This document shows, one piece after another, positions 41,932-51,401 of a stretch of DNA of 64,000 nucleotides. Made by a program: the position numbers and the translations under genes. Below the pieces are notes generated by a model, which saw nothing but the letters and a program-made list of their open reading frames with translations, was not told the DNA's origin and made no database searches. Source of the DNA: Deferrisomatales bacterium (GTDB lineage Bacteria > Desulfobacterota > Deferrisomatia > Deferrisomatales > JACRMM01); contig JAWSUI010000002.1 of assembly GCA_033551855.1 (NCBI GenBank), forward strand, positions 4,783-68,782, given 5' to 3'. The first letter of the stretch is position 1, and every line of letters starts with the position of its first letter.

Positions 41932-42350
41932 CCCAAGACCCAACCCTCGAGCACCTCTTCGTCTGCGCCCGGGCTGCGGCCGACAAGCGAGCCGCGGACC
42001 TCCTGGTACTGGACGTCCGGAAGCTCTCGAGCTTCACCGACTACTTCCTGATCGCCAGCGGCTCGTCGGACCGGCGGGTGCAGTCCATCGCGGAAGGGGT
42101 GCTCGAGGCCATGGCCCGCCGCGGGCGCAGGCCCCTGGGGGCCGAAGGTGTTCGGGAGGGGCGCTGGGCGCTCCTGGATTTCGGGGACTGGGTGGTCCAC
42201 GTCTTTTACGAGGACGTGCGGCGCGCCTTCGACCTGGAGGGGCTGTGGTTCGACGCCGAGCGGGTGGAGCTGCCGGCGGAGGTGCTCGAGCAGGAGAGGC
42301 CGTCGCCGATCGGCCTCGGAGTCCAGGCCGGAAGGGCGGAAGGCCGGTGA
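41928..42350 (+). CDS. rsfS: Ribosome silencing factor RsfS
   Basis: FTDYFLIASGSSDRRVQSIAEGV and WALLDFGDWVVHVF motifs. ATGA overlap with nadD. Confidence 0.9.
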   Translation: MTQDPTLEHLFVCARAAADKRAADLLVLDVRKLSSFTDYFLIASGSSDRRVQSIAEGVLEAMARRGRRPLGAEGVREGRWALLDFGDWVVHVFYEDVRRAFDLEGLWFDAERVELPAEVLEQERPSPIGLGVQAGRAEGR

Positions 42351-43378
42351 CGTGGCGGGTGGCAGTGGTGGGTGCGGGGGCCTGGGGTACGGCGATGGCC
42401 GACCTGCTGGCCCGGGGCGGCCATCGGGTGGGCCTGTGGGTCTTCGAGGAGGACCTTGCGGAGGAGATGGCCCGTACCGGCGAAAACAGGGTGTACCTTC
42501 CGGGTCATCGCTTGTCCCCGGGCATCCGGCCGTCGTCCGAGCTGGCGGCCGTGGTTGCGACGGCCGACGTGGTGGTGAGCGCGAGCCCTTCCCAGGTGGT
42601 GCGCCAGGTCATGGGCCGGGCAGCGCCGCACTTGAAGCCCGACGCCCTGGTCGTGAGCGCTTCCAAGGGCATCGAAGCAGGGTCGCTCCAACTGATGCAC
42701 CAGGTCTTGGAGGAGGTTCTCCCGCCGGGCGCAGCCGGGCGGCTCGCCGTCCTCTCCGGCCCCTCGTTTGCGGCCGAGGTGGCCCGCGGTGTGCCCACCG
42801 CCGTCAGCCTCGCCTGTGCGGACGCCGAGGCGGCCCGGGGCCTCCAGGGGCTCTTCTCCGGCCCCACCTTCCGGGTCTACACTCTGGACGACGTGGTGGG
42901 CGTGGAGCTGGGCGGTGCCTTGAAGAACGTGGTGGCGCTGGCGGCGGGCATCTCGGACGGCCTGCGGTTCGGCCACAACAGCCGCGCGGCCCTGATCACC
43001 CGCGGGCTGGCCGAGATCAGCCGCCTGGGGACGGCCCTCGGAGCCAGGCCCCTCACATTCCTCGGTTTGGCCGGCATGGGAGACTTGGTGCTCACCTGCA
43101 CCGGAGACCTCTCTCGGAACCGGACCGTGGGGCTTCGGCTGGGGCAGGGAGAGAAGTTGCCGCAGATCCTCGATTCCATGAAAGCGGTCGCCGAGGGAGT
43201 CAAGACCTGTGACGCCGCGGTCGGCTTGGCCGAGCGGCAGGGGGTAGAGGTGCCCATCGCCCGGGAGGTGTGGCACGTTCTCCACGAGGAGAAGGACCCC
43301 CGGCGAGCCGTGGAGGACCTCATGTCGCGGCCCTCCCGGCGCGAGTTCTGGGACCTGGAAGCGTCGCCGAGGCCATGA
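42347..43378 (+). CDS. gpsA: NAD(P)H-dependent glycerol-3-phosphate dehydrogenase
   Basis: Rossmann motif VAVVGAGAWGTA and the later GALKNVVALAAG motif. GTGA overlap with rsfS. Confidence 0.92.
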   Translation: MTWRVAVVGAGAWGTAMADLLARGGHRVGLWVFEEDLAEEMARTGENRVYLPGHRLSPGIRPSSELAAVVATADVVVSASPSQVVRQVMGRAAPHLKPDALVVSASKGIEAGSLQLMHQVLEEVLPPGAAGRLAVLSGPSFAAEVARGVPTAVSLACADAEAARGLQGLFSGPTFRVYTLDDVVGVELGGALKNVVALAAGISDGLRFGHNSRAALITRGLAEISRLGTALGARPLTFLGLAGMGDLVLTCTGDLSRNRTVGLRLGQGEKLPQILDSMKAVAEGVKTCDAAVGLAERQGVEVPIAREVWHVLHEEKDPRRAVEDLMSRPSRREFWDLEASPRP

Positions 43379-44076
43379 GGGCGGTCTTCGTCACCCTCGA
43401 GGGCGGGGAGGGCGCCGGCAAGACCACCCAGCTGGCCCTCTTGGCCGCGGGCGTGGAGGGCCGGGGGTGGGTGGCCGTGACTACGCGGGAGCCCGGGGGC
43501 ACGCCCCTCGGGGCGAGGGTGAGGGAGCTCCTTGTGCGCCTGGGCGGCGACCCGCCGACGCCCTTGGCCGAGCTGCTGCTGTATGCTGCGGACCGGGCCC
43601 ATCACGTGGAGACGGTGATCCGCCCTGGCTTGGCGGTGGGCCGGGCCGTCCTGTGCGACCGGTACGCGGACGCGACCGAGGCCTACCAGGGGTACGGCCG
43701 GGGTCTGCCCCTGGCCGTGGTGCGAGAGGTGAATCGACTGGCCACCGGAGGGCTCCGGCCCCACCGGACCGTGGTCCTGGATCTCTCCCCGGAAGAGGGG
43801 GTGCGCCGCTCCCTCGAGCGGCAGCGCTGCGGCGGGGGGCCGCGGGAGGAGCGCTTCGAGGCCGAAGCCGTGGCGTTCCACGAGCGTGTGCGGGCCGGCT
43901 ACCGAGCGGTCGCGCGCGAGGACCCGGAGCGGGTGCGGATCGTGGACGCTTCGGGCACCCCCGTGGCGGTGGCGGAGCGCGTGTGGGCCGAGGTGGAGGA
44001 CCTCTTCGCGCGGCCCGGGGGGCTGTGCCCCGGGCTTGGGGCCCCAGACGCGGGCTCTGGCCCGTCACCCCGGTAG
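43375..44076 (+). CDS. tmk: Thymidylate kinase
   Basis: FVTLEGGEGAGKTT P-loop and the TREPGGT motif. ATGA overlap with gpsA. Confidence 0.92.
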   Translation: MRAVFVTLEGGEGAGKTTQLALLAAGVEGRGWVAVTTREPGGTPLGARVRELLVRLGGDPPTPLAELLLYAADRAHHVETVIRPGLAVGRAVLCDRYADATEAYQGYGRGLPLAVVREVNRLATGGLRPHRTVVLDLSPEEGVRRSLERQRCGGGPREERFEAEAVAFHERVRAGYRAVAREDPERVRIVDASGTPVAVAERVWAEVEDLFARPGGLCPGLGAPDAGSGPSPR

Positions 44077-44109
44077 GGGTGTCCCGCCCCAGAGCGAGGC
44101 GAGCAGACG

Positions 44110-45057
44110 ATGTCCTTTGCGGAGATTCTCGGCCACGACCGCCCCTTGAAGGTGCTGCGCCGTGCCCTCGCGACGGGGCGTGTGCCCCATGCCTATCTCT
44201 TCTGGGGGCCCGACGGCGTGGGAAAGGAGGCGGTGGCCCGGGGGACGGCGGGGGTCCTCCTCTGCAGGGACCCCGAGGCCCTGCCCCGGGCGGCGGCGTG
44301 CGGGGCCTGCGCCGCCTGCCGAAAGGCGGCTTCGGCCTCCCACGCGGATCTGCACCTTTTGGCGCCGGCGGGGGCGTCGATTCCGATCGCCGAGGTGCGG
44401 GCCCTCCAGGAAGCCCTCGGGTACCGTTCTTTCGAGGGGGGGCGCAAGGTTGTTATCATCCGGGACGCGTTCCGACTGACCCGGGAGGCCTCCAACGCGC
44501 TTCTGAAGACTTTGGAGGAGCCCTCCGACGGGACCCATCTGGTCCTGCTCGCCCACCACAGGAACCAACTCCTGCCCACCTTGGTCTCTCGCTGTCAGTC
44601 CCTGCGTTTCGACCCGATCCCGGAGGACGCGGTCCGGCGGCTGCTGGAGGTCGGGGGGGTGGAGCCGGAGGCGGCCCGCCGGATGGCGCAGGGCGCCGGG
44701 GGCGCCCCGGGGGCGGTGTGGGGCCAGGAACCGGAGGCCTTGGCAGCGGTCGTCGATGAGGTGCGCCAGGTCTGGTCGGGGTGGGAGAGCGCGTCGGCGG
44801 CCGAGCGGTTTGGCCGGGCAGCCCAGTGGTCGGGCGCGCGGGGTGAGCTGGGTCGGCGCCTCGACGCCCTGGAACACCTCCTGACCCAGGAGCTGCGACA
44901 AGCGGCTCGCCGGAGCGAAGCGGCCGCCGGGACTGCCGCCGCCCTCGGGGGACTCGCGCAGGTCCGGAACTTGGTGGAACGAAACGTCAATGCGGAGCTG
45001 GCCCTGGGTGCCTTCTTCCTCGGCGCCCTCGACCGCCCCTGGGAAGAGGTCCTGTGA
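44110..45057 (+). CDS. holB: DNA polymerase III delta-prime subunit
   Basis: The N-terminus ILGHDRPLKVLRRALATGRVPHAYLFWGPDGVGK is typical of HolB. Conserved tmk-holB order. Confidence 0.85.
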   Translation: MSFAEILGHDRPLKVLRRALATGRVPHAYLFWGPDGVGKEAVARGTAGVLLCRDPEALPRAAACGACAACRKAASASHADLHLLAPAGASIPIAEVRALQEALGYRSFEGGRKVVIIRDAFRLTREASNALLKTLEEPSDGTHLVLLAHHRNQLLPTLVSRCQSLRFDPIPEDAVRRLLEVGGVEPEAARRMAQGAGGAPGAVWGQEPEALAAVVDEVRQVWSGWESASAAERFGRAAQWSGARGELGRRLDALEHLLTQELRQAARRSEAAAGTAAALGGLAQVRNLVERNVNAELALGAFFLGALDRPWEEVL

Positions 45058-46100
45058 GACTCGTCGGCGTTCGGTTCAAGACGGCATGCCGTATCTACAC
45101 GTTCGACGCGGGGGACGTGTCGTGTGGGCTGGGCGATTGGCTCGTGGTGGAGACGGAGCGCGGTATGGCCCTCGGGCAGGTCGCCTCCGGCCCCCGGGAG
45201 GAGGAGGCGCCCCCGGGCCAGCTCATCAAGAAGGTGCTGCGGCGCGCGGAGGACCGCGATATCCTGCGGTACGAGCAGAACTGCGAGTTGGAGGGGTACG
45301 CGCACCAGTTCTGCCTCGAGCGGATCCGGGAGCTGGGACTCCCCATGAAGCTGGTGGAGGTGGAGTTCCTCTTCGACGGGTCGAAGGCGCTCTTCTACTT
45401 CACTTCCGAGGGCCGGGTGGATTTCCGCGATCTGGTCCGCGACCTGGCGCGGCAGTTTCACACCCGCATCGAGATGCGCCAGATCGGGGTCCGGGACGAG
45501 GCGAAGCTCGTGGGGGGGGTGGGATGCTGCGGCCGGGAGCTGTGCTGCGCCACCTGGCTGACCGATTTCGCCCCCATCAGCGTGCGGATGGCGAAGGACC
45601 AGAACGTGTCCCTCAACCCGGGCAAGATCTCGGGTATTTGCGGCCGCCTCATGTGCTGCCTCTCGTACGAGCACCAGATGTACCGGGAGCTCGGCCAGGA
45701 GGTGCCCAAGCTCGGGAAGATCGTCAAGACGCCTCGGGGCGAGGGGCGGGTCGTCCGCCGAAACGTGCTCGAGGGGACCTTCGTCCTGGCGGGGGAAGGG
45801 CGGGAGTTCGAGGTCTCGGTGGACGAGTACCACGGCCGCGCGCCGCCCCCGCCGGTTTCGGGGGAGGCCGAGCCGCCGGCCGGCGGGTCTCGGCCGGAGG
45901 GCCCCCGCCGACCACGACTGCGGCCCCTCCGGCCGGCACCGCGGCCCGAGCCCCCGGCTCCGCCGGCTCCGGAACCCGCGTCGGCCGAAGATGCCAAGGG
46001 TAAGGGCTCGGCCGAGGAACGCATGCCGGGCTCCCGCCGCCGTCGCAGCCGGCGCAAGAGGAAGGGCTCCCCCCCTGCCGAGAGGAAGAGCGATGGCTGA
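45054..46100 (+). CDS. PSP1 C-terminal domain protein (YaaT/RicT-like) with Pro/Arg-rich tail
   Basis: PSP1 core (FYFTSEGRVDFRDLVRDLARQFHTRIEMRQIG) and a Cys cluster (CCGRELCC...CGRLMCC). GTGA overlap with holB. Confidence 0.85.
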   Translation: MRLVGVRFKTACRIYTFDAGDVSCGLGDWLVVETERGMALGQVASGPREEEAPPGQLIKKVLRRAEDRDILRYEQNCELEGYAHQFCLERIRELGLPMKLVEVEFLFDGSKALFYFTSEGRVDFRDLVRDLARQFHTRIEMRQIGVRDEAKLVGGVGCCGRELCCATWLTDFAPISVRMAKDQNVSLNPGKISGICGRLMCCLSYEHQMYRELGQEVPKLGKIVKTPRGEGRVVRRNVLEGTFVLAGEGREFEVSVDEYHGRAPPPPVSGEAEPPAGGSRPEGPRRPRLRPLRPAPRPEPPAPPAPEPASAEDAKGKGSAEERMPGSRRRRSRRKRKGSPPAERKSDG

Positions 46101-47634
46101 AACCTTCTACGTCACCACGCCGATCTACTACGTCAACGACGTGCCCCACATCGGGCACGCATACACCACGGTGGCGTGTGACGCCCTGGCCCGCTACAAA
46201 CGCGCGGCCGGCTATCGGGTCTTCTTCCTCACCGGCACCGACGAGCACGGCCAGAAGGTGGAGAAGTCCGCGGCGGAGCGGGGAGAGAGGCCCATCGATC
46301 TGGCCGATCGGGTGGTGATGCGGTTCCAGAAGCTCTGGGACATCCTGGAGATCTCCCACACCCGCTTCGTCCGGACGACGGAGGACGACCATCGCCGCTC
46401 CGTCCAGGAGCTCTTCCGCCGCGTCCAGGCGGTGGGCGACGCCTACCTGGGCGAGTACGAGGACTGGTACTGCACCCCCTGCGAAACCTTCTGGACCGAG
46501 AACCAGCTCATGGAGGGCAACTGTCCTGACTGCAACCGCCCCACGGACCGCCTCAAGGAGCCGAGCTACTTCTTCCGCATGTCGAGGTACCAGGACGCCC
46601 TCCTCCGGCACATCGCAGAGCACCCGGACTTCATCCAGCCCGTCAGCCGGAGAAACGAGATCGTCTCCTTCGTGAAGGAGGGCCTGCGGGACCTCTCCAT
46701 CTCCCGCACGAGCTTCTCCTGGGGGATCCCGGTGCCGGGGGACCCGAAGCACGTGATCTACGTGTGGTTCGACGCCCTGACCAACTACATCACCGGCGTC
46801 GGGTTCCCCGAGGAGGGGGACAACTTCGCAGCTTTCTGGCCCCAGGCCGTCCACGTGATCGGCAAGGACATCCTCCGGTTCCACGCCGTGTACTGGCCGA
46901 CCTTCCTGATGAGCGCCGGCCTTCCCCTGCCCCGGCAGATCTTCGCCCACGGCTGGTGGACCGTGGAGGGGAAGAAGATGTCCAAGAGCCTGGGCAATGT
47001 GGTGGATCCCGCGGCCATGGCGGAGGAGTATGGGGTGGACGCCTTTCGCTATTTCCTCCTGCGGGAGGTCCCCTTCGGTCTGGACGGCGACTTCAGCCGA
47101 GACGCCCTGATCCACCGGATCAACGCAGACCTCGCCAACGACCTGGGGAACCTCGTGTCCCGGGTACTGGCCATGCTCGCCAAGTACCGACAGGGGATCG
47201 TCCCCCGGGTGCCCTCCTGCGGCAGCGAACCCCTGGACGAGGAGTTGAGGGACAAGCTGGCCGAGGTCCTCGCCGCGGTGGACCAGGCCATGGGCGAGCT
47301 GGGGTTCCACAAAGCCCTCACCGCCGTCTGGGGCTACGTGGGGTTGGTGAACCGCTACGTGGACGCTACGGCTCCCTGGAACCTGGCGAAGGACCCCGGT
47401 CAGTCGGGGCGCCTCGACCAGGTGCTGTACAATGCCTGCGAGGCGCTGCGGGCCGTCGGGCTCCTGGTGTTCCCCTTCCTCCCCCGGACCGGCCGGGAGA
47501 TGTGGCGTCGCCTGGGGGTGGGGCGGCCGGTGGACGAGGGGCGGCTCGAGGAGCTCCGCGAGTGGGGCGGGCTCCCCGGCGGAGCGCAGACGGAGCGGGG
47601 CGGGAGTCTCTTCCCTCGGATCGAGCGGGCGTGA
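46093..47634 (+). CDS. metG: Methionine--tRNA ligase (short form)
   Basis: HIGH motif (VPHIGHAYT), KMSKS motif (KKMSKSLGN) and a zinc knuckle (CTPC...CPDC). ORF 45991 trimmed to ATG 46093. Confidence 0.95.
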   Translation: MAETFYVTTPIYYVNDVPHIGHAYTTVACDALARYKRAAGYRVFFLTGTDEHGQKVEKSAAERGERPIDLADRVVMRFQKLWDILEISHTRFVRTTEDDHRRSVQELFRRVQAVGDAYLGEYEDWYCTPCETFWTENQLMEGNCPDCNRPTDRLKEPSYFFRMSRYQDALLRHIAEHPDFIQPVSRRNEIVSFVKEGLRDLSISRTSFSWGIPVPGDPKHVIYVWFDALTNYITGVGFPEEGDNFAAFWPQAVHVIGKDILRFHAVYWPTFLMSAGLPLPRQIFAHGWWTVEGKKMSKSLGNVVDPAAMAEEYGVDAFRYFLLREVPFGLDGDFSRDALIHRINADLANDLGNLVSRVLAMLAKYRQGIVPRVPSCGSEPLDEELRDKLAEVLAAVDQAMGELGFHKALTAVWGYVGLVNRYVDATAPWNLAKDPGQSGRLDQVLYNACEALRAVGLLVFPFLPRTGREMWRRLGVGRPVDEGRLEELREWGGLPGGAQTERGGSLFPRIERA

Positions 47635-49007
47635 TCGTCGACACCCACGCCCATCTGACCCTGAAGGGCCTGCGGGAGGACCTGGAGGGCGTCCTCGGCC
47701 GGGCCCGGAAGGCCGGCGTCGGGGCGGTCATCACCGTGGGGATCGACCCGGAGGACAGCCGGGCAGCGGTGCGCCTGGCGGAGAGCACCGCCGGGGTCTG
47801 GGCGACGGTGGGGGTGCACCCCCACGATGCCGCAGGGCTCACGGCGGCCGCCCTGGACGACCTGGCCGCCCTTGCCCGCTCCCCTGCCGTGGTCGCCTGG
47901 GGGGAGACGGGGCTGGACTTCTACCGGGACCGATCCCCCCGCGCAGACCAGGAGCGGTGGTTCCGCGAGCAGGTGGTGCGGGCGCGGGAGCTGGAGCTTC
48001 CCCTCGTGGTGCACGACCGGGAGGCCCACGCCGAGACCCTGGCCGTGCTCCGGGAGGAGGGACGGGGACGGCTGCGGGGTGTGTTCCACTGTTTTTCCGG
48101 GGACGAGGCCTTCGCCCGGGCGGTGCTGGCTCTGGGGTTTCACCTTTCCTTCCCCGGTACGGTGACCTACCCGCGCAACGAAGCTCTCCGGCAGGCGGCG
48201 GCCTCCGTTCCCCTGGAGAGGGTGCTCCTGGAGACGGATTGCCCCTTCCTGGCGCCCCAGCCGGTCAGGGGCAGAAGGAACGAGCCCGCGTACCTGGTGC
48301 ACACGGCCCGCGAGGTGGCGCGCCTGCGGGGACTGGAGCTCGAGGACGTGGCCCGGATCACCACCCGCGCCAGCCGGGAGCTCTTCGGCGTGGGGGAGGC
48401 CCAGGAGCCCCGGATCGCCTACCCGATCCGGCGCAGCCTCTACCTCAACGTCACGAGCCGGTGCACGAATCGGTGTGCGTTCTGCGCCAAGAGCCGCTCT
48501 TCTGCGGTGAAGGGCCATGACCTGACCCTGCTGCGGGAGCCCGAGGTGCAGGCGGTCCTGGCCGCGGTGGAGGCCGAAGGGGGGCCGGCGGCCTGGGACG
48601 AGGTCGTATTCTGCGGCTTGGGGGAGCCGCTGCTCCGGTTGGGGCTCGTCCTGGAGCTCGCCCGGGAGCTCCGGGGTCGAGGGGCCCACCGGATCCGGGT
48701 AAACACCGACGGCCTCGCGAGCCTCGTGCACGGCCGGGACGTGGCCGCGGACCTGGAAGGGGTGGTGGACGCCGTTTCCGTGAGCCTCAACGCCCCCGAT
48801 GCCGCCACCTATGAGCGCCTCTGCCGGCCGGGGGTCGAGGGGGCGTACCCGGCGCTGCTGGAATTCCTGCGGCAGGTTCGGGACCGCCTTCCCGAGGTCA
48901 CGGCCACGGTCGTGGCGGTGCCGGGCCTCGACGTGGAAGCGTGCCGACAGGTGGCCCGGGAGCTCGGCGTCGGTTTTCGGGTTCGCGCGTACGACGAGGT
49001 GGGGTAG
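47631..49007 (+). CDS. tatD: Fusion ORF: TatD-family metal-dependent hydrolase plus TatD-associated radical SAM domain
   Basis: GTGA overlap with metG. The N-terminal ~260 aa are TatD (VDTHAHL...ETDCPFLAP). The C-terminal ~195 aa start with RIAYPIRRSLYLNVTSRCTNRCAFC (CxxxCxxC). There is no stop between the two parts. Confidence 0.85.
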   Translation: MIVDTHAHLTLKGLREDLEGVLGRARKAGVGAVITVGIDPEDSRAAVRLAESTAGVWATVGVHPHDAAGLTAAALDDLAALARSPAVVAWGETGLDFYRDRSPRADQERWFREQVVRARELELPLVVHDREAHAETLAVLREEGRGRLRGVFHCFSGDEAFARAVLALGFHLSFPGTVTYPRNEALRQAAASVPLERVLLETDCPFLAPQPVRGRRNEPAYLVHTAREVARLRGLELEDVARITTRASRELFGVGEAQEPRIAYPIRRSLYLNVTSRCTNRCAFCAKSRSSAVKGHDLTLLREPEVQAVLAAVEAEGGPAAWDEVVFCGLGEPLLRLGLVLELARELRGRGAHRIRVNTDGLASLVHGRDVAADLEGVVDAVSVSLNAPDAATYERLCRPGVEGAYPALLEFLRQVRDRLPEVTATVVAVPGLDVEACRQVARELGVGFRVRAYDEVG

Positions 49008-49060
49008 CAGGAGGTAGGTGGCGAGCCCGGTTTCGTCTCGCTCGAAGGACGGAGGGTCCC

Positions 49061-49531
49061 ATGAGTCGTTCCCCGATGACCCGCGACGGTTACGCCCGGA
49101 TCCGCGAGGAGCTCGAGAGGCTCAAGCGCGAGGATCGGGTCCAGATCATCAAGGAGATCGGAGCCGCCCGGTCCCACGGCGACATTTCGGAGAATGCCGA
49201 GTACCACGCGGCTCGGGAGAAACAGGGCTGGATCGAGGCGAAGATCCGCGACCTGGAGACCCGCCTGGCGAGCTCGGAGATCGTGGACGTGACCCCCGGG
49301 CCCAAGGATCGGGTGGTCTTCGGCTCCTGGGTCCGATTGGAGGACGTGGAGACCGGCGAAGAGAAGAAGTACCACATCGTGGGACCCCACGAGTCCGACG
49401 TGGACCAGGGGCGCATCTCGATCTCCTCCCCACTTGGTCGGGCCATGCTCGGCAAGGCGGTGGGCGACGAGGTCGTGGTCAAGGCCCCGGGCCGCACCCT
49501 CGAGTACGAGGTGCTCGAGATCTTCGACTGA
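49061..49531 (+). CDS. greA: Transcription elongation factor GreA
   Basis: MTRDGYARIREELERLK...ISENAEYHAAREKQ is canonical GreA. ORF 48941 trimmed to ATG 49061. Confidence 0.95.
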   Translation: MSRSPMTRDGYARIREELERLKREDRVQIIKEIGAARSHGDISENAEYHAAREKQGWIEAKIRDLETRLASSEIVDVTPGPKDRVVFGSWVRLEDVETGEEKKYHIVGPHESDVDQGRISISSPLGRAMLGKAVGDEVVVKAPGRTLEYEVLEIFD

Positions 49532-49602
49532 GCCCCCGACATCCTGCGGCCACCCGTTGGACCGCGTTACATCGCAGGTTGCCTTGCAACCGGGAGGAGC
49601 CC

Positions 49603-50487
49603 ATGGAACGCCCGCCGGTGTATGAGACCGACTTTTCCGGCCTGCGCCGCGTCAGTCGGGGAAAGGTTCGCGACATCTACGACCTGGGAGACGAGTTGCT
49701 CATCGTCACCAGCGACCGGCTCTCTGCGTTCGACGTCGTGCTGCCGACGCCGATCCCGGGGAAGGGCGAGGTCCTCACCCTCCTCTCGGCCCACTGGTTC
49801 GGCCGCACCCGGGATCTGGTCCCGAATCACCTCCTGTCCATCGCCCCGGAAGACTTCCCCCCGGAGACCCGACCCCACGCGGAGGTCCTCCGGGGTCGGT
49901 CCATGCTCGTGCGCAAGGCGAAGCCCCTCCCCGTGGAGTGCATCGTGCGGGGCTACCTGGTGGGGTCCGGCTGGCAGGAGTACCGCGCCTCCGGAACGGT
50001 GTGCGGTCTCCGGCTGCCCCCGGGGCTGCGGGAGTCGGAACGCCTGGCCGAACCCCTCTTCACGCCGTCTACCAAGGCCGAGATCGGAGCCCACGACGAG
50101 AACATCCCCTTCGAGCGGGTGGAAGACCTGATCGGGGTCGAACTGGCCCGGCGGGTCCGCGACCTGTCCCTCTCGGTGTACCGGCGGGGTGCCGAGGAAG
50201 CGGCGGCCCGGGGCGTCCTCATCGCCGACACCAAGATGGAGTTCGGGCTCCTGGACGGCGAGCTGCTGCTCATCGACGAGGTCCTGACCCCGGATTCTTC
50301 GCGGTTCTGGCGCGCCGGGAGCTACCGGGTCGGGCAGCGGCAGGACAGCCTGGACAAGCAGTACGTCCGGGACTACCTGAACACCCTGGAGTGGGACAAG
50401 AAGGCCCCGGGGCCGGCGCTGCCCGAGGCGGTGGTGGCGGAGACGTCGCGGCGCTACCGGGAGATCCTGGACATCCTCACCCGCTGA
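49603..50487 (+). CDS. purC: Phosphoribosylaminoimidazole-succinocarboxamide (SAICAR) synthase
   Basis: GKVRDIYDLGDELLIVTSDRLSAFD and LIADTKMEFG motifs. ORF 49018 trimmed to ATG 49603. Confidence 0.93.
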   Translation: MERPPVYETDFSGLRRVSRGKVRDIYDLGDELLIVTSDRLSAFDVVLPTPIPGKGEVLTLLSAHWFGRTRDLVPNHLLSIAPEDFPPETRPHAEVLRGRSMLVRKAKPLPVECIVRGYLVGSGWQEYRASGTVCGLRLPPGLRESERLAEPLFTPSTKAEIGAHDENIPFERVEDLIGVELARRVRDLSLSVYRRGAEEAAARGVLIADTKMEFGLLDGELLLIDEVLTPDSSRFWRAGSYRVGQRQDSLDKQYVRDYLNTLEWDKKAPGPALPEAVVAETSRRYREILDILTR

Positions 50488-50525
50488 GGGCGCCGGGGCG
50501 GAACCCGTGCCGCGGAGGAAGCAGG

Positions 50526-51401
50526 ATGGGCGTGGCCAACGAGCCCAAGGTGATCGCAGCCGTGGATCTCTCCGAAGTCTCGCCGGCGGTGGCTGTCACG
50601 GGGGCGCGCCTGGCACACCGCCTCGGAGGGGGCTGCCTGGTGGTCCACGTGGTGGAGGCCCTTTCCGGGGAGGAGGACGCCGGCCCCCTGCTGCCGGTCC
50701 TGCGGCGGTGGGTGGAGGGGGTGCGCCGGGAAGCGCGGGAGGGACTGGCCCGGCTCCTCGCCGACCCCGCGCTCCGCGGCTACGCGGTCCGGGGCCAGAT
50801 CGCCGAGGGGAAGGGGCACTCCCGGATCCTGGAGGCAGCCCGGGGACCCTCCGTAGCCCTGGTGGTGCTGGGCGGGCCGCCCCCGTCCCGCCTCCTCGGC
50901 TCGACGGCCGAGCGAGTGGTCCGCCGCAGCCCCGTGCCGGTCCTGGTGGTCCGCCGGCCCCCGTCGCTGGGCTACACCCGGGTCCTGGTGGGGGTGGACT
51001 TCTCGGACGGTGCGGGCCGGGCCCTGGAGCAGGCCTTGGCCCTGGCCGAGGGAGGGGCCCGGATCACCGCCTGCCACGTCCTCGACACCCTGGGGCATCC
51101 CCCTACAGAGGAGGTGCTCCGGGCTGCGCAGGGCGTGGAGGGGCGCGTCCGGGCGTGGACCGAGGAGAGGACCGGCACCGCCGTGGACGTGCGGGTGGAG
51201 CCCGGTCGCCCCAGGGAGGTGCTCCTGCAGGCGGCGAAGGAGGTGTCAGCGGATCTCCTCGCCGTGGGCGGCAGGGGAAGAGGAACCCTCAAGCAGCTCC
51301 TCCTTGGGTCGGTGGCGGAGGCGGCGGCCCGACGGGCCCCTTGCGACGTGCTGGTGGTCCCCTCCCCGGGGGGCGGGGAGCGGTGGGAGGAGGCCGATTG
51401 A
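50526..51401 (+). CDS. Tandem universal stress protein (two UspA domains)
   Basis: Two repeats, each ending in G..G.....LLGSxAE.V.R..P.PVLVV-type motifs (GSTAERVVRRSPVPVLVV and GSVAEAAARRAPCDVLVV). Confidence 0.85.
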   Translation: MGVANEPKVIAAVDLSEVSPAVAVTGARLAHRLGGGCLVVHVVEALSGEEDAGPLLPVLRRWVEGVRREAREGLARLLADPALRGYAVRGQIAEGKGHSRILEAARGPSVALVVLGGPPPSRLLGSTAERVVRRSPVPVLVVRRPPSLGYTRVLVGVDFSDGAGRALEQALALAEGGARITACHVLDTLGHPPTEEVLRAAQGVEGRVRAWTEERTGTAVDVRVEPGRPREVLLQAAKEVSADLLAVGGRGRGTLKQLLLGSVAEAAARRAPCDVLVVPSPGGGERWEEAD

